A stretch of 64,000 nt of DNA from Eledone cirrhosa (taxonomy: Eukaryota), in assembly GCA_964016885.1 (NCBI GenBank), contig OZ024746.1, positions 52,390,001 to 52,454,000 on the forward strand, in the 5' to 3' direction. This document shows, piece after piece, positions 19,493 to 32,099 of the stretch; the first letter of the stretch is position 1, and each line of letters opens with the position of its first letter. A program made the position numbers and the translations under genes. The notes beneath the pieces are model-generated. The model did not search any database and had not been told where the DNA came from. It saw nothing but the letters and a program-made list of their open reading frames with translations.

Positions 19493-22400
19493 ATTGTAGT
19501 TAGTGGTTGCTGAGATGGTAGTGTTCTTGTTGTTATTGTAGTTAGAGGTTGCTGTGATGGTAGTGTTGTTGTTGTTATTGTAGTTAGAGGTTGCTGTGAT
19601 GGTAGTGTTCTTCTTGTTATTGTAGTTAGAGGTTGCTGTGATGGTAGTGTTGTTGTTGTTATTGTAGTTAGTGGTTGCTGAGATGGTAGTGTTGTTGTTG
19701 TTGTTGTTGTAGTTAGTGGTTGCTATGATGGTAGTGTTGTTGTTGTTATTGTAGTTAGTGGTTGCTGTTATGGTAGTGTTGTTGTTGTTATTGTAGTTAG
19801 AGATTGCTGAGATGGTAGTGTTGTTGTTGTTATTGTAGTTAGTGGTTGCTGTTATGGTAGTGTTGTTGTTGTTATTGTAGTTAATGGTTTCTGTGATGGT
19901 AGTGTTGTTGTTGTTATTGTAGTTAGTGGTTGCTGTGATGGTAGTGTTGCTGTTGTTATTGTAGTTAGTGGTTGCTGTGATGGTAGTGTTGTTGTTGTTG
20001 TTATTGTAGTTAGTGGTTGCTGTGATGGTAGTGTTGTTGTTGTTGTTATTGTAGTTAGTGGTTGCTGAGATGGTAGTGTTGTTGTTGTTATTGTAGTTAG
20101 TGGTTGCTGTGATGGTAGTGTTGTTGCTGTTGTTATTGTAGTTAGTGGTTGCTGTGATGGTAGTGTTGTTGTTGTTGTTATTGTAGTTAGTGGTTGCTGT
20201 GATGGTAGTGTTGTTGTTGTTGTTATTGTAGTTAGTGGTTGCTGAGATGGTAGTGTTGTTGTTATTATTGTAGTTAGTGGTTGCTGTGATGGTAGTGTTG
20301 TTGCTGTTGTTATTGTAGTTAGTGGTTGCTGTGATGGTAGTGTTGATGTTGTTGTTGTTATTGTAGTTAGTGGTTGCTGTGATGGTAGTGTTGTTGTTGT
20401 TGTTGTTGTTGTAGTTAGTGGTTGATGTGATGGTAGTGTTGTTGTTGTTGTTATTGTAGTTAGTGGTTGCTGAGATGGTAGTGTTGTTGTTGTTATTGTA
20501 GTTAGTGGTTGCTGTGATAGTAGTGTTGTTGTAGTTGTTATTGTAGTTAGTTGTTGCTGAGATGGTAGTGTTGTTGTAGTTGTTATTGTAGTTAGTTGTT
20601 GCTGAGATGGTAGTGTTGTTGTTATTGTAGTTAGTGGTTGCTGAGATGTTAGTGTTGTTGTTGTTATTGTAGTTAGTGGTTGCTGTGATAGTAGTGTTGT
20701 TGTTGTTGTTATTGTAGTTAGTTGTTGCTGAGATGGTAGTGTTGTTGTTGTTGTTATTGTAGTTAGTGGTTGCTGTGATGGTAGTGTTGTTGTTGTTATT
20801 GTAGTTAGTGGTTGCTGAGATGCTAGTGTTGTTGTTGTTGTTGTAGTTAGTGGTTGCTGTGATGGTAGTGTTGTTGTTGTTATTGTAGTTAGTGGTTGCT
20901 GTGATGGTAGTTTTGTTGTTGTTGTTATTGTATTTAGTGGTTGCTGTGATGGTAGTGTTGTTGTTGTTGTTATTGTAGTTAGTGGTTGCTGAGATGCTAG
21001 TGTTGTTGTTGTTGTTATTGTAGTTAGTAGTTGCTGTGATGGTAGTGTTGTTGTTGTTATTGTAGTTAGTGGTTGCTGAGATGGTAGTGTTGTTGTTGTT
21101 GTTGTAGTTAGTGGTTGCTGTGATGGTAGTGTTGTTGTTGTTGTTATTGTAGTTAGTGGTTGCTGTGATGGTAGTGTTGTTGTTGTTATTGTAGTTAGTG
21201 GTTGCTGTGATGGTAGTGTTGTTGTTGTAGTTATTGTAGTTAGTGGTTGCTGTGGTGGTAGTGTTGTTGCTGTTGTTATTGTAGTTAGTGGTTGCTGTGC
21301 TGGTAGTGTTGTTGTTGTTGGTGCTGTCGTTAGTGGTTGCTGTGATGGTAGTGTTGTTGTTGTTGTTGTAGTAGTTAGGGGTTGGTGTGGTGCTAGTGTT
21401 GTTGTTGTTGTTGTAGTTAGTGGTTGCTTAGATGGTAATGTTGTTGTTGTTGTTGTTGTAGTTAGAGATTGCTGTGATGGTAGTGTTGTTGTTGTTGTAG
21501 TAGTTAGTGGTTGATGTGATGGTAGTGTTGTTGTTGTTGTAGTAGTTAGGGATTGGTGTGGTGCTAGTGTTGTTGTTGTTGTTGTAGTTAGTGGTTGCTG
21601 AGATGGTAGTGTTGTTGTTGTTGTTGTTGTTGTTGTTATTGTAGTTAGTGGTTGCTGAGATGGTAGTGTTCTTGTTGTTATTGTACTTAGAGGTTGCTGT
21701 GATGGTAGTGTTGTTGTTGTTATTGTAGTTAGAGGTTGCTGTGATGGTAGTGTTCTTCTTGTTATTGTAGTTAGAGGTTGCTGTGATGGTAGTGTTGTTG
21801 TTGTTATTGTAGTTAGTGGTTGCTGAGATGGTAGAGTTGTTGTTGTTGTTGTTGTAGTTAGTGGTTGCTATGATGGTAGTGTTGTTGTTGTTATTGTAGT
21901 TAGTGGTTGCTGTTATGGTAGTGTTGTTGTTGTTATTGTAGTTAGAGATTGCTGAGATGGTAGTGTTGTTGTTGTTGTTATTGTAGTTAGTGGTTGCTGT
22001 TATGGTAGTGTTGTTGTTGTTATTGTAGTTAGAGATTGCTGTGATGGTAGTGTTGTTGTTGTTATTGTAGTTAGTGGTTGCTGTTATGGTAGTGTTGTTG
22101 TTGTTATTGTAGTTAATGGTTTCTGTGATGGTAGTGTTGTTGTTGTTATTGTAGTTACTGGTTGCTGTGATGGTAGTGTTGCTGTTGTTATTGTAGTTAG
22201 TGGTTGCTGTGATGGTAGTGTTGTTGTTGTTGTTATTGTAGTTAGTGGTTGCTGTGATGGTAGTGTTGTTGTTGTTGTTATTGTAGTTAGTGGTTGCTGA
22301 GATGGTAGTGTTGTTGTTGTTATTGTAGTTAGTGGTTGCTGTGATGGTAGTGTTGTTGCTGTTGTTATTGTAGTTAGTGGTTGCTGTGATGGTAGTGTTG

Positions 22401-25400
22401 TTGTTGTTGTTATTGTAGTTAGTGGTTGCTGTGATGGTAGTGTTGTTGTTGTTGTTATTGTAGTTAGTGGTTGCTGAGATGGTAGTGTTGTTGTTATTAT
22501 TGTAGTTAGTGGTTGCTGTGATGGTAGTGTTGTTGCTGTTGTTATTGTAGTTAGTGGTTGCTGTGATGGTAGTGTTGATGTTGTTGTTGTTATTGTAGTT
22601 AGTGGTTGCTGTGATGGTAGTGTTGTTGTTGTTGTTGTTGTTGTAGTTAGTGGTTGATGTGATGGTAGTGTTGTTGTTGTTGTTATTGTAGTTAGTGGTT
22701 GCTGAGATGGTAGTGTTGTTGTTGTTATTGTAGTTAGTGGTTGCTGTGATAGTAGTGTTGTTGTAGTTGTTATTGTAGTTAGTTGTTGCTGAGATGGTAG
22801 TGTTGTTGTAGTTGTTATTGTAGTTAGTTGTTGCTGAGATGGTAGTGTTGTTGTTATTGTAGTTAGTGGTTGCTGAGATGTTAGTGTTGTTGTTGTTATT
22901 GTAGTTAGTGGTTGCTGTGATAGTAGTGTTGTTGTTGTTGTTATTGTAGTTAGTTGTTGCTGAGATGGTAGTGTTGTTGTTGTTGTTATTGTAGTTAGTG
23001 GTTGCTGTGATGGTAGTGTTGTTGTTGTTATTGTAGTTAGTGGTTGCTGAGATGCTAGTGTTGTTGTTGTTGTTGTAGTTAGTGGTTGCTGTGATGGTAG
23101 TGTTGTTGTTGTTATTGTAGTTAGTGGTTGCTGTGATGGTAGTTTTGTTGTTGTTGTTATTGTATTTAGTGGTTGCTGTGATGGTAGTGTTGTTGTTGTT
23201 GTTATTGTAGTTAGTGGTTGCTGAGATGCTAGTGTTGTTGTTGTTGTTATTGTAGTTAGTAGTTGCCGTGATGGTAGTGTTGTTGTTGTTATTGTAGTTA
23301 GTGGTTGCTGAGATGGTAGTGTTGTTGTTGTTGTTGTAGTTAGTGGTTGCTGTGATGGTAGTGTTGTTGTTGTTGTTATTGTAGTTAGTGGTTGCTGTGA
23401 TGGTAGTGTTGTTGTTGTTATTGTAGTTAGTGGTTGCTGTGATGGTAGTGTTGTTGTTGTAGTTATTGTAGTTAGTGGTTGCTGTGATGGTAGTGTTGTT
23501 GCTGTTGTTATTGTAGTTAGTGGTTGCTGTGCTGGTAGTGTTGTTGTTGTTGGTGCTGTCGTTAGTGGTTGCTGTGATGGTAGTGTTGTTGTTGTTGTTG
23601 TAGTAGTTAGGGGTTGGTGTGGTGCTAGTGTTGTTGTTGTTGTTGTAGTTAGTGGTTGCTTAGATGGTAATGTTGTTGTTGTTGTTGTTGTAGTTAGAGA
23701 TTGCTGTGATGGTAGTGTTGTTGTTGTTGTAGTAGTTAGTGGTTGATGTGATGGTAGTGTTGTTGTTGTAGTAGTTAGGGATTGGTGTGGTGCTAGTGTT
23801 GTTGTTGTTGTTGTAGTTAGTGGTTGCTGAGATGGTAGTGTTGTTGTTGTTGTTGTTGTTGTTGTTATTGTACTTAGTGGTTGCTGAGATGGTAGTGTTC
23901 TTGTTGTTATTGTAGTTAGAGGTTGCTGTGATGGTAGTGTTGTTGTTGTTATTGTAGTTAGAGGTTGCTGTGATGGTAGTGTTCTTCTTGTTATTGTAGT
24001 TAGAGGTTGCTGTGATGGTAGTGTTGTTGTTGTTATTGTAGTTAGTGGTTGCTGAGATGGTAGAGTTGTTGTTGTTGTTGTTGTAGTTAGTGGTTGCTAT
24101 GATGGTAGTGTTGTTGTTGTTATTGTAGTTAGTGGTTGCTGTTATGGTAGTGTTGTTGTTGTTATTGTAGTTAGAGATTGCTGAGATGGTAGTGTTGTTG
24201 TTGTTGTTATTGTAGTTAGTGGTTGCTGTTATGGTAGTGTTGTTGTTGTTATTGTAGTTAGAGATTGCTGTGATGGTAGTGTTGTTGTTGTTATTGTAGT
24301 TAGTGGTTGCTGTTATGGTAGTGTTGTTGTTGTTATTGTAGTTAATGGTTTCTGTGATGGTAGTGTTGTTGTTGTTATTGTAGTTAGTGGTTGCTGTGAT
24401 GGTAGTGTTGCTGTTGTTATTGTAGTTAGTGGTTGCTGTGATGGTAGTGTTGTTGTTGTTGTTATTGTAGTTAGTGGTTGCTGTGATGGTAGTGTTGTTG
24501 TTGTTGTTATTGTAGTTAGTGGTTGCTGAGATGGTAGTGTTGTTGTTGTTATTGTAGTTAGTGGTTGCTGTGATGGTAGTGTTGTTGTTGTTGTTATTGT
24601 AGTTAGTGGTTGCTGTGATGGTAGTGTTGTTGTTGTTGTTATTGTAGTTAGTGGTTGCTGAGATGGTAGTGTTGTTGTTATTATTGTAGTTAGTGGTTGC
24701 TGTGATGGTAGTGTTGTTGCTGTTGTTATTGTAGTTAGTGGTTGCTGTGATGGTAGTGTTGATGTTGTTGATGTTATTGTAGTTAGTGGTTGCTGTGATG
24801 GTAGTGTTGTTGTTGTTGTTGTTGTTGTAGTTAGTGGTTGATGTGATGGTAGTGTTGTTGTTGTTGTTATTGTAGTTAGTGGTTGCTGAGATGGTAGTGT
24901 TGTTGTTGTTATTGTAGTTAGTGGTTGCTGTGATAGTAGTGTTGTTGTAGTTGTTATTGTAGTTAGTTGTTGCTGAGATGGTAGTGTTGTTGTAGTTGTT
25001 ATTGTAGTTAGTTGTTGCTGAGATGGTAGTGTTGTTGTTATTGTAGTTAGTGGTTGCTGAGATGTTAGTGTTGTTGTTGTTATTGTAGTTAGTGGTTGCT
25101 GTGATAGTAGTGTTGTTGTTGTTGTTATTGTAGTTAGTTTTTGCTGAGATGGTAGTGTTGTTGTTGTTGTTATTGTAGTTAGTGGTTGCTGTGATGGTAG
25201 TGTTGTTGTTGTTATTGTAGTTAGTGGTTGCTGAGATGCTAGTGTTGTTGTTGTTGTTGTAGTTAGTGGTTGCTGTGATGGTAGTGTTGTTGTTGTTATT
25301 GTAGTTAGTGGTTGCTGTGATGGTAGTTTTGTTGTTGTTGTTATTGTATTTAGTGGTTGCTGTGATGGTAGTGTTGTTGTTGTTGTTATTGTAGTTAGTG

Positions 25401-25700
25401 GTTGCTGAGATGCTAGTGTTGTTGTTGTTGTTATTGTAGTTAGTAGTTGCTGTGATGGTAGTGTTGTTGTTGTTATTGTAGTTAGTGGTTGCTGAGATGG
25501 TAGTGTTGTTGTTGTTGTTGTAGTTAGTGGTTGCTGTGATGGTAGTGTTGTTGTTGTTGTTATTGTAGTTAGTGGTTGCTGTGATGGTAGTGTTGTTGTT
25601 GTTATTGTAGTTAGTGGTTGCTGTGATGGTAGTGTTGTTGTTGTAGTTATTGTAGTTAGTGGTTGCTGTGATGGTAGTGTTGTTGCTGTTGTTATTGTAG
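19140..25700. repeat. Higher-order repeat, 3 copies of ~2.15-2.23 kb
   Basis: Rare marker ggtgctgtcg at 19172, 21320 and 23552, each followed by the same ordered series of variants. Confidence 0.9.
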
Positions 25701-28700
25701 TTAGTGGTTGCTGTGATGGTAGTGTTGTTGTTGTTATTGTAGTTAGTGGTTCCTGAGATGGTAGTGTTGTTGTTGTAGTTATTGTAGTTAGTGGTTGCTG
25801 TGATGGTAGTGTTGTTGTTGTTGTTATTGTAGTTAGTGGTTGCTGTGATGGTAGTGTTGTTGCTGTTGTTATTGTAGTTAGTGGTTGCTGTGATGGTAGT
25901 GTTGTTGTTGTTATTGTAGTTAGTGGTTGCTGAGATGGTAGTGTTGTTGTTGTAGTTATTGTAGTTAGTGGTTGCTGTGATGGTAGTGTTGTTGTTGTTA
26001 TTGTAGTTAGTGGTTCCTGAGATGGTAGTGTTGTTGTTGTAGTTATTGTAGTTAGTGGTTGCTGTGATGGTAGTGTTGTTGCTGTTGTTATTGTAGTTAG
26101 TGGTTGCTGTGATGGTAGTGTTGTTGTTGTTATTGTAGTTAGTGGTTGCTGTGATGGTAGTGTTGTTGTTGTTGTTATTGTATTTAGTGGTTGCTGTGAT
26201 GGTAGTGTTGTTGTTGTTGTTATTGTAGTTAGTAGTTGCTGAGATGGTAGTGTTGTTGTTGTTGTTGTAGTTAGTGGTTGCTGAGATGGTAGTGTTGTTG
26301 TTGTTGTTGTAGTTAGTGGTTGCTGTGATGGTAGTGTTGTTGTTGTTGTTATTGTAGTTAGTGGTTGCTGTGATGGTAGTGTTGTTGTTGTTATTGTAGT
26401 TAGTGGTTGCTGAGATGGTAGTGTTGTTGTTGTTGTTGTAGTTAGTGGTTGCTGTGATGGTAGTGTTGTTGTTGTTATTGAAGTTAGTGGTTGCTGTGAT
26501 GGTAGTGTTGTTGTTGTAGTTATTGTAGTTAGTGGTTGCTGTGATGGTAGTGTTGTTGTTGTTATTGTAGTTAGTGGTTGCTGTGATGGTAGTGTTGTTG
26601 CTGTTGTTATTGTAGTTAGTGGTTGCTGTGATGGTAGTGTTGATGTTGTTGTTGTTATTGTAGTTAGTGGTTGCTGTGATGGTAGTGTTGTTGTTGTAGT
26701 TATTGTAGTTAGTGGTTGCTGTGATGGTAGTGTTGTTGTTGTTATTGTAGTTAGTGTTTCCTGAGATGGTAGTGTTGTTGTTGTTGTTATTGTAGTTAGT
26801 GGTTGCTGAGATGGTAGTGTTGTTGTTGTTATTGTAGTTAGTGGTTGCTGTGATGGTAGTGTTGATGTTGTTGTTGTTATTGTAGTTAGTGGTTGCTGTG
26901 ATGGTAGTGTTGATGTTGTTGTTGTTATTGTAGTTAGTGGTTTCTGTGATGGTAGTGTTGTTGCTGTTGTTATTGTAGTTAGTGGTTGCTGTGATGGTAG
27001 TGTTGTTGTTGTTGTTATTGTAGTTAGTGGTTGCTGTGATGGTAGTGTTGATGTTGTTGTTATTGTAGTGAGTGGTTGCTGTGATGGTAGTGTTGATGTT
27101 GTTGTTATTGTAGTTAGTGGTTGCTGTGATGGTAGTGTTGTTGTTGTTGTTATTGTAGTTAGTGGTTGCTGTGATGGTAGTGTTGATGTTGTTGTTATTG
27201 TAGTTAGTGGTTGCTGTGATGGTAGTGTTGATGTTGTTGTTATTGTAGTTAGTGGTTGCTGTGATGGTAGTGTTGTTGTTGTTGTTATTGTAGTTAGTGG
27301 TTGCTGTGATGGTAGTGTTGATGTTGTTGTTATTGTAGTTAGTGGTTGCTGTGATGGTAGTGTTGATGTTGTTGTTATTGTAGTTAGTGGTTGCTGTGAT
27401 GGTAGTGTTGTTGTTGTTGTTATTGTAGTTAGTGGTTGCTGTGATGGTAGTGTTGATGTTGTTGTTGTTATTGTAGTTAGTGGTTTCTGTGATGGTAGTG
27501 TTGTTGCTGTTGTTATTGTAGTTAGTGGTTGCTGTGATGGTAGTGTTGATGTTGTTGTTGTTATTGTAGTTAGTGGTTGCTGTGATGGTAGTGTTGTTGT
27601 TGTTGTTATTGTAGTTAGTGGTTGCTGTGATGGTAGTGTTGATGTTGTTGTTGTTATTGTAGTTAGTGGTTTCTGTGATGGTAGTGTTGTTGTTGTTATT
27701 GTAGTTAGTGGTTTCTGTGATGGTAGTGTTGTTGTTGTTATTGTAGTTAGTGGTTGCTGTGATGGTAGTGTTGTTGTTGTTGTTGTTATTGTAGTTAGTG
27801 GTTTCTGTGATGGTAGTGTTGTTGTTGTTGTTGTTATTGTAGTTAGTGGTTTCTGTGATGGTAGTGTTGTTGTTGTTATTGTAGTTAGTGGTTGCTGTGA
27901 TGGTAGTGTTGTTGTTGTTGTTGTTGTTGTAGTTAGTGGTTGATGTGATGGTAGTGTTGTTGTTGTTGTTATTGTAGTTAGTGGTTGCTGAGATGATAGT
28001 GTTGTTGTTGTTATTGTAGTTAGTGGTTGCTGTGATAGTAGTGTTGTTGTTGTTGTTATTGTAGTTAGTTGTTGCTGAGATGGTAGTGTTGTTGTTGTTG
28101 TTATTGTAGTTAGTGGTTGCTGTGATGGTAGTGTTGTTGTTGTTATTGTAGTTAGTGGTTGCTGAGATGCTAGTGTTGTTGTTGTTGTTGTAGTTAGTGG
28201 TTGCTGTGATGGTAGTGTTGTTGTTGTTGTTATTGTATTTAGTGGTTGCTGTGATGGTAGTGTTGTTGTTGTTGTTATTGTAGTTAGTGGTTGCTGAGAT
28301 GCTAGTGTTGTTGTTGTTGTTATTGTAGTTAGTAGTTGCAGTGATGGTAGTGTTGTTGTTGTTATTGTAGTTAGTGGTTGCTGAGATGGTAGTGTTGTTG
28401 TTGTTGTTGTTGTAGTTAGTGGTTGCTGTGATGGTAGTGTTGTTGTTGTTGTTATTGTAGTTAGTGGTTGCTGTGATGGTAGTGTTGTTATTGTTATTGT
28501 AGTTAGTGGTTGCTGTAATGGTAGTGTTGTTGTTGTTATTGTAGTTAGTGGTTCCTGAGATGGTAGTGTTGTTGTTGTAGTTATTGTAGTTAGTGGTTGC
28601 TGTGATGGTAGTGTTGTTGTTGTTATTGTAGTTAGTGGTTGCTGTGATGGTAGTGTTGTTGTTGTTATTGTAGTTAGTGGTTGCTGTGATAGTAGTGTTG

Positions 28701-31700
28701 TTGTTGTTGTTGTTGTTGTAGTTAGTGGTTGATGTGATGGTAGTGTTGTTGTTGTTGTTATTGTAGTTAGTGGTTGCTGAGATGATAGTGTTGTTGTTGT
28801 TATTGTAGTTAGTGGTTGCTGTGATAGTAGTGTTGTTGTTGTTGTTATTGTAGTTAGTTGTTGCTGAGATGGTAGTGTTGTTGTTATTGTAGTTAGTGGT
28901 TGCTGAGATGTTAGTGTTGTTGTTGTTATTGTAGTTAGTGGTTGCTGTGATAGTAGTGTTGTTGTTGTTGTTATTGTAGTTAGTTGTTGCTGAGATGGTA
29001 GTGTTGTTGTTGTTGTTATTGTAGTTAGTGGTTGCTGTGATGGTAGTGTTGTTGTTGTTATTGTAGTTAGTGGTTGCTGAGATGCTAGTGTTGTTGTTGT
29101 TGTTGTAGTTAGTGGTTGCTGTGATGCTAGTGTTGTTGTTGTTATTGTAGTTAGTGGTTGCTGTGATGGTAGTTTTGTTGTTGTTGTTATTGTATTTAGT
29201 GGTTGCTGTGATGGTAGTGTTGTTGTTGTTGTTATTGTAGTTAGTGGTTGCTGAGATGGTAGTGTTGTTGTTGTTGTTATTGTAGTTAGTGGTTGCTGAG
29301 ATGGTAGTGTTGTTGTTGTTGTTATTGTATTTAGTGGTTGCTGTGATGGTAGTGTTGTTGTTGTTGTTATTGTAGTTAGTGGTTGCTGAGATGCTAGTGT
29401 TGTTGTTGTTGTTATTGTATTTAGTGGTTGCTGTGATGGTAGTGTTGTTGTTGTTGTTATTGTAGTTAGTGGTTGCTGAGATGGTAGTGTTGTTGTTGTT
29501 GTTATTGTATTTAGTGGTTGCTGTGATGGTAGTGTTGTTGTTGTTGTTATTGTAGTTAGTGGTTGCTGAGATGGTAGTGTTGTTGTTGTTGTTATTGTAT
29601 TTAGTGGTTGCTGTGATGGTAGTGTTGTTGTTGTTGTTATTGTAGTTAGTGGTTGCTGAGATGCTAGTGTTGTTGTTGTTGTTATTGTATTTAGTGGTTG
29701 CTGTGATGGTAGTGTTGTTGTTGTTGTTATTGTAGTTAGTGGTTGCTGAGATGGTAGTGTTGTTGTTGTTGTTGTAGTTAGTGGTTGCTGTGATGGTAGT
29801 GTTGTTGTTGTTATTGTAGTTAGTGGTTGCTGTGATGGTAGTGTTGTTGTTGTTATTGTAGTTAGTGGTTGCTGTGATGGTAGTGTTGTTGCTGTTGTTA
29901 TTGTAGTTAGTGGTTGCTGTGATGGTAGTGTTGATGTTGTTGTTGTTATTGTAGTTAGTGGTTGCTGTGATGGTAGTGTTGTTGTTGTTATTGTAGTTAG
30001 TGGTTGCTGTGATGGTAGTGTTGTTGTTGTTATTGTAGTTAGTGGTTGCTGTGATGGTAGTGTTGTTGTTGTTATTGTAGTTAGTGGTTGCTGAGATGGT
30101 AGTGTTGTTGTTGTAGTTATTGTAGTTAGTGGTTGCTGTGATGGTAGTGTTGATGTTGTTGTTGTTATTGTAGTTAGTGGTTGCTGTGATGGTAGTGTTG
30201 ATGTTGTTGTTGTTATTGTAGTTAGTGGTTGCTGTGATGGTAGTGTTGTTGTTGTAGTTATTGTAGTTAGTGGTTGCTGTGATGGTAGTGTTGTTGTTGT
30301 TATTGTAGTTAGTGGTTGCTGTGATAGTAGTGTTGTTGCTGTTGTTATTGTAGTTAGTGGTTGCTGTGATGGTAGTGTTGATGTTGTTGTTGTTATTGTA
30401 GTTAGTGGTTGCTGTGATGGTAGTGTTGTTGTTGTAGTTATTGTAGTTAGTGGTTGCTGTGATGGTAGTGTTGTTGTTGTTATTGTAGTTAGTGGTTCCT
30501 GAGATGGTAGTGTTGTTGTTGTTGTTATTGTAGTTAGAGATTGCTGAGATAGTAGTGTTGTTGTTGTTATTGTAGCTAGTGGTTGCTGTGATGGTAGTGT
30601 TGTTGTTGTTGTTATTGTAGTTAGTGGTTGCTATGATGGTAGTGTTGTTGTTGTTATTGTAGTTAGTGGTTGCTGTGATGGGAGTGTTGTTGTTGTTGTT
30701 GTAGTTAGTGGTTGCTGTGATGGTAGTGTTGTTGTTGCTATTGTAGTTAGTGGTTGCTGAGATGGTAGTGTTGTTGTTGTTGTTATTGTAGTTAGTGGTT
30801 GCTGAGATGGTAGTGTTGTTGTTGTTGTTATTGTAGTTAGAGATTGCTGAGATAGTAGTGGTGTTGTTGTTATTGTAGCTAGTGGTTGCTGTGATGGTAG
30901 TGTTGTTGTTGTTGTTATTGTAGTTAGTGGTTGCTATGATGGTAGTGTTGTTGTTGTTATTGTAGTTAGTGGTTGCTGTGATGGGAGTGTTGTTGTTGTT
31001 ATTCTAGTTAGTGGTTGCTGTGATGGTAGTGTTGTTGTTGTTGTTATTGTTGTTGTTGTTGTTGTTGTTATTGTAGTCAGTTGTTGCTGAGATGGTAGTG
31101 TTGTTGTTGTTGTTATTGTAGTCAGTTGTTGCTGAGATGGTAGTGTTGTTGTTGTTGTTATTGTAGTCAGTTGTTGCTGAGATGGTAGTGTTGTTGTTGT
31201 TGTTATTGTAGTTAGTGGATGCTGTGATGGTACTGTTGTTGTTGTTTTTGTTGTTGTTGTTGTTGTTGTTGTAGTCAGTTGTTGCTGAGATGGTAGTGTT
31301 GTTGTTGTTATTGTAGTTAGTGGTTGCTGAGATGGTAGTGTTGTTGTTGTTATTGTAGTTAGTGGTTGCTGTGATGGTAGTGTTGTTGTTGTTGTTATTG
31401 TTATTGTAGTTAGTGGTTGCTGTGATGCTAGTGTTGTTGTTATTGTTATTTTAGTTAGTGGTTGCTGTGATGGTAGTGTTGTTGTTGTTATTCTAGTTAG
31501 TGGTTGCTGTGATGGTAGTGTTGTTGTTGTTGTTATTGTAGTTAGTGGTTGCTGTGATGGTAGTGTTGTTGTTGTTGTTATTGTTATTGTAGTTAGAGGT
31601 TGCTGTGATGGTAGTGTTGTTGTTGTTATTCTAGTTAGTGGTTGCTGTGATGCTAGTGTTGTTGTTATTGTTATTGTAGTTAGTGGTTGTTGCGATGGTA

Positions 31701-32099
31701 GTGTTGTTGTTAGTGTTATTGTAGCTAGTGGTTGTTGTGATGGTAGTGTTGTTGTTGTTATTGTTATTGTAGTTAGTGGTTGTTGTGATGGTAGTGTTGT
31801 TGTTATTGTTATTGTAGTTAGAGGTTGCTGTGATGGTAGTGTTGTTGTTGTTGTTATTGTAGTTAGTGGTTGTTGTGATGGTAGTGTTGTTGTTGTTATT
31901 CTTGTTAGTGGTTGCTGTGTTGGTAGTGTTGTTGTTTTTATTGTAGTTAGTGGTTGCTGAGATGGTAGTGTTGTTGTTGTTGTAATTGTAGTTAGTTGTT
32001 GCTGAGATGGTAGTGTTGTTGTTGTTGTTATTGTAGTTAGTGGTTGCTCAGATAGTCGTGTTGTTGTTGTTGTTATTGTAGTTAGTGGTTGCTGAGATG

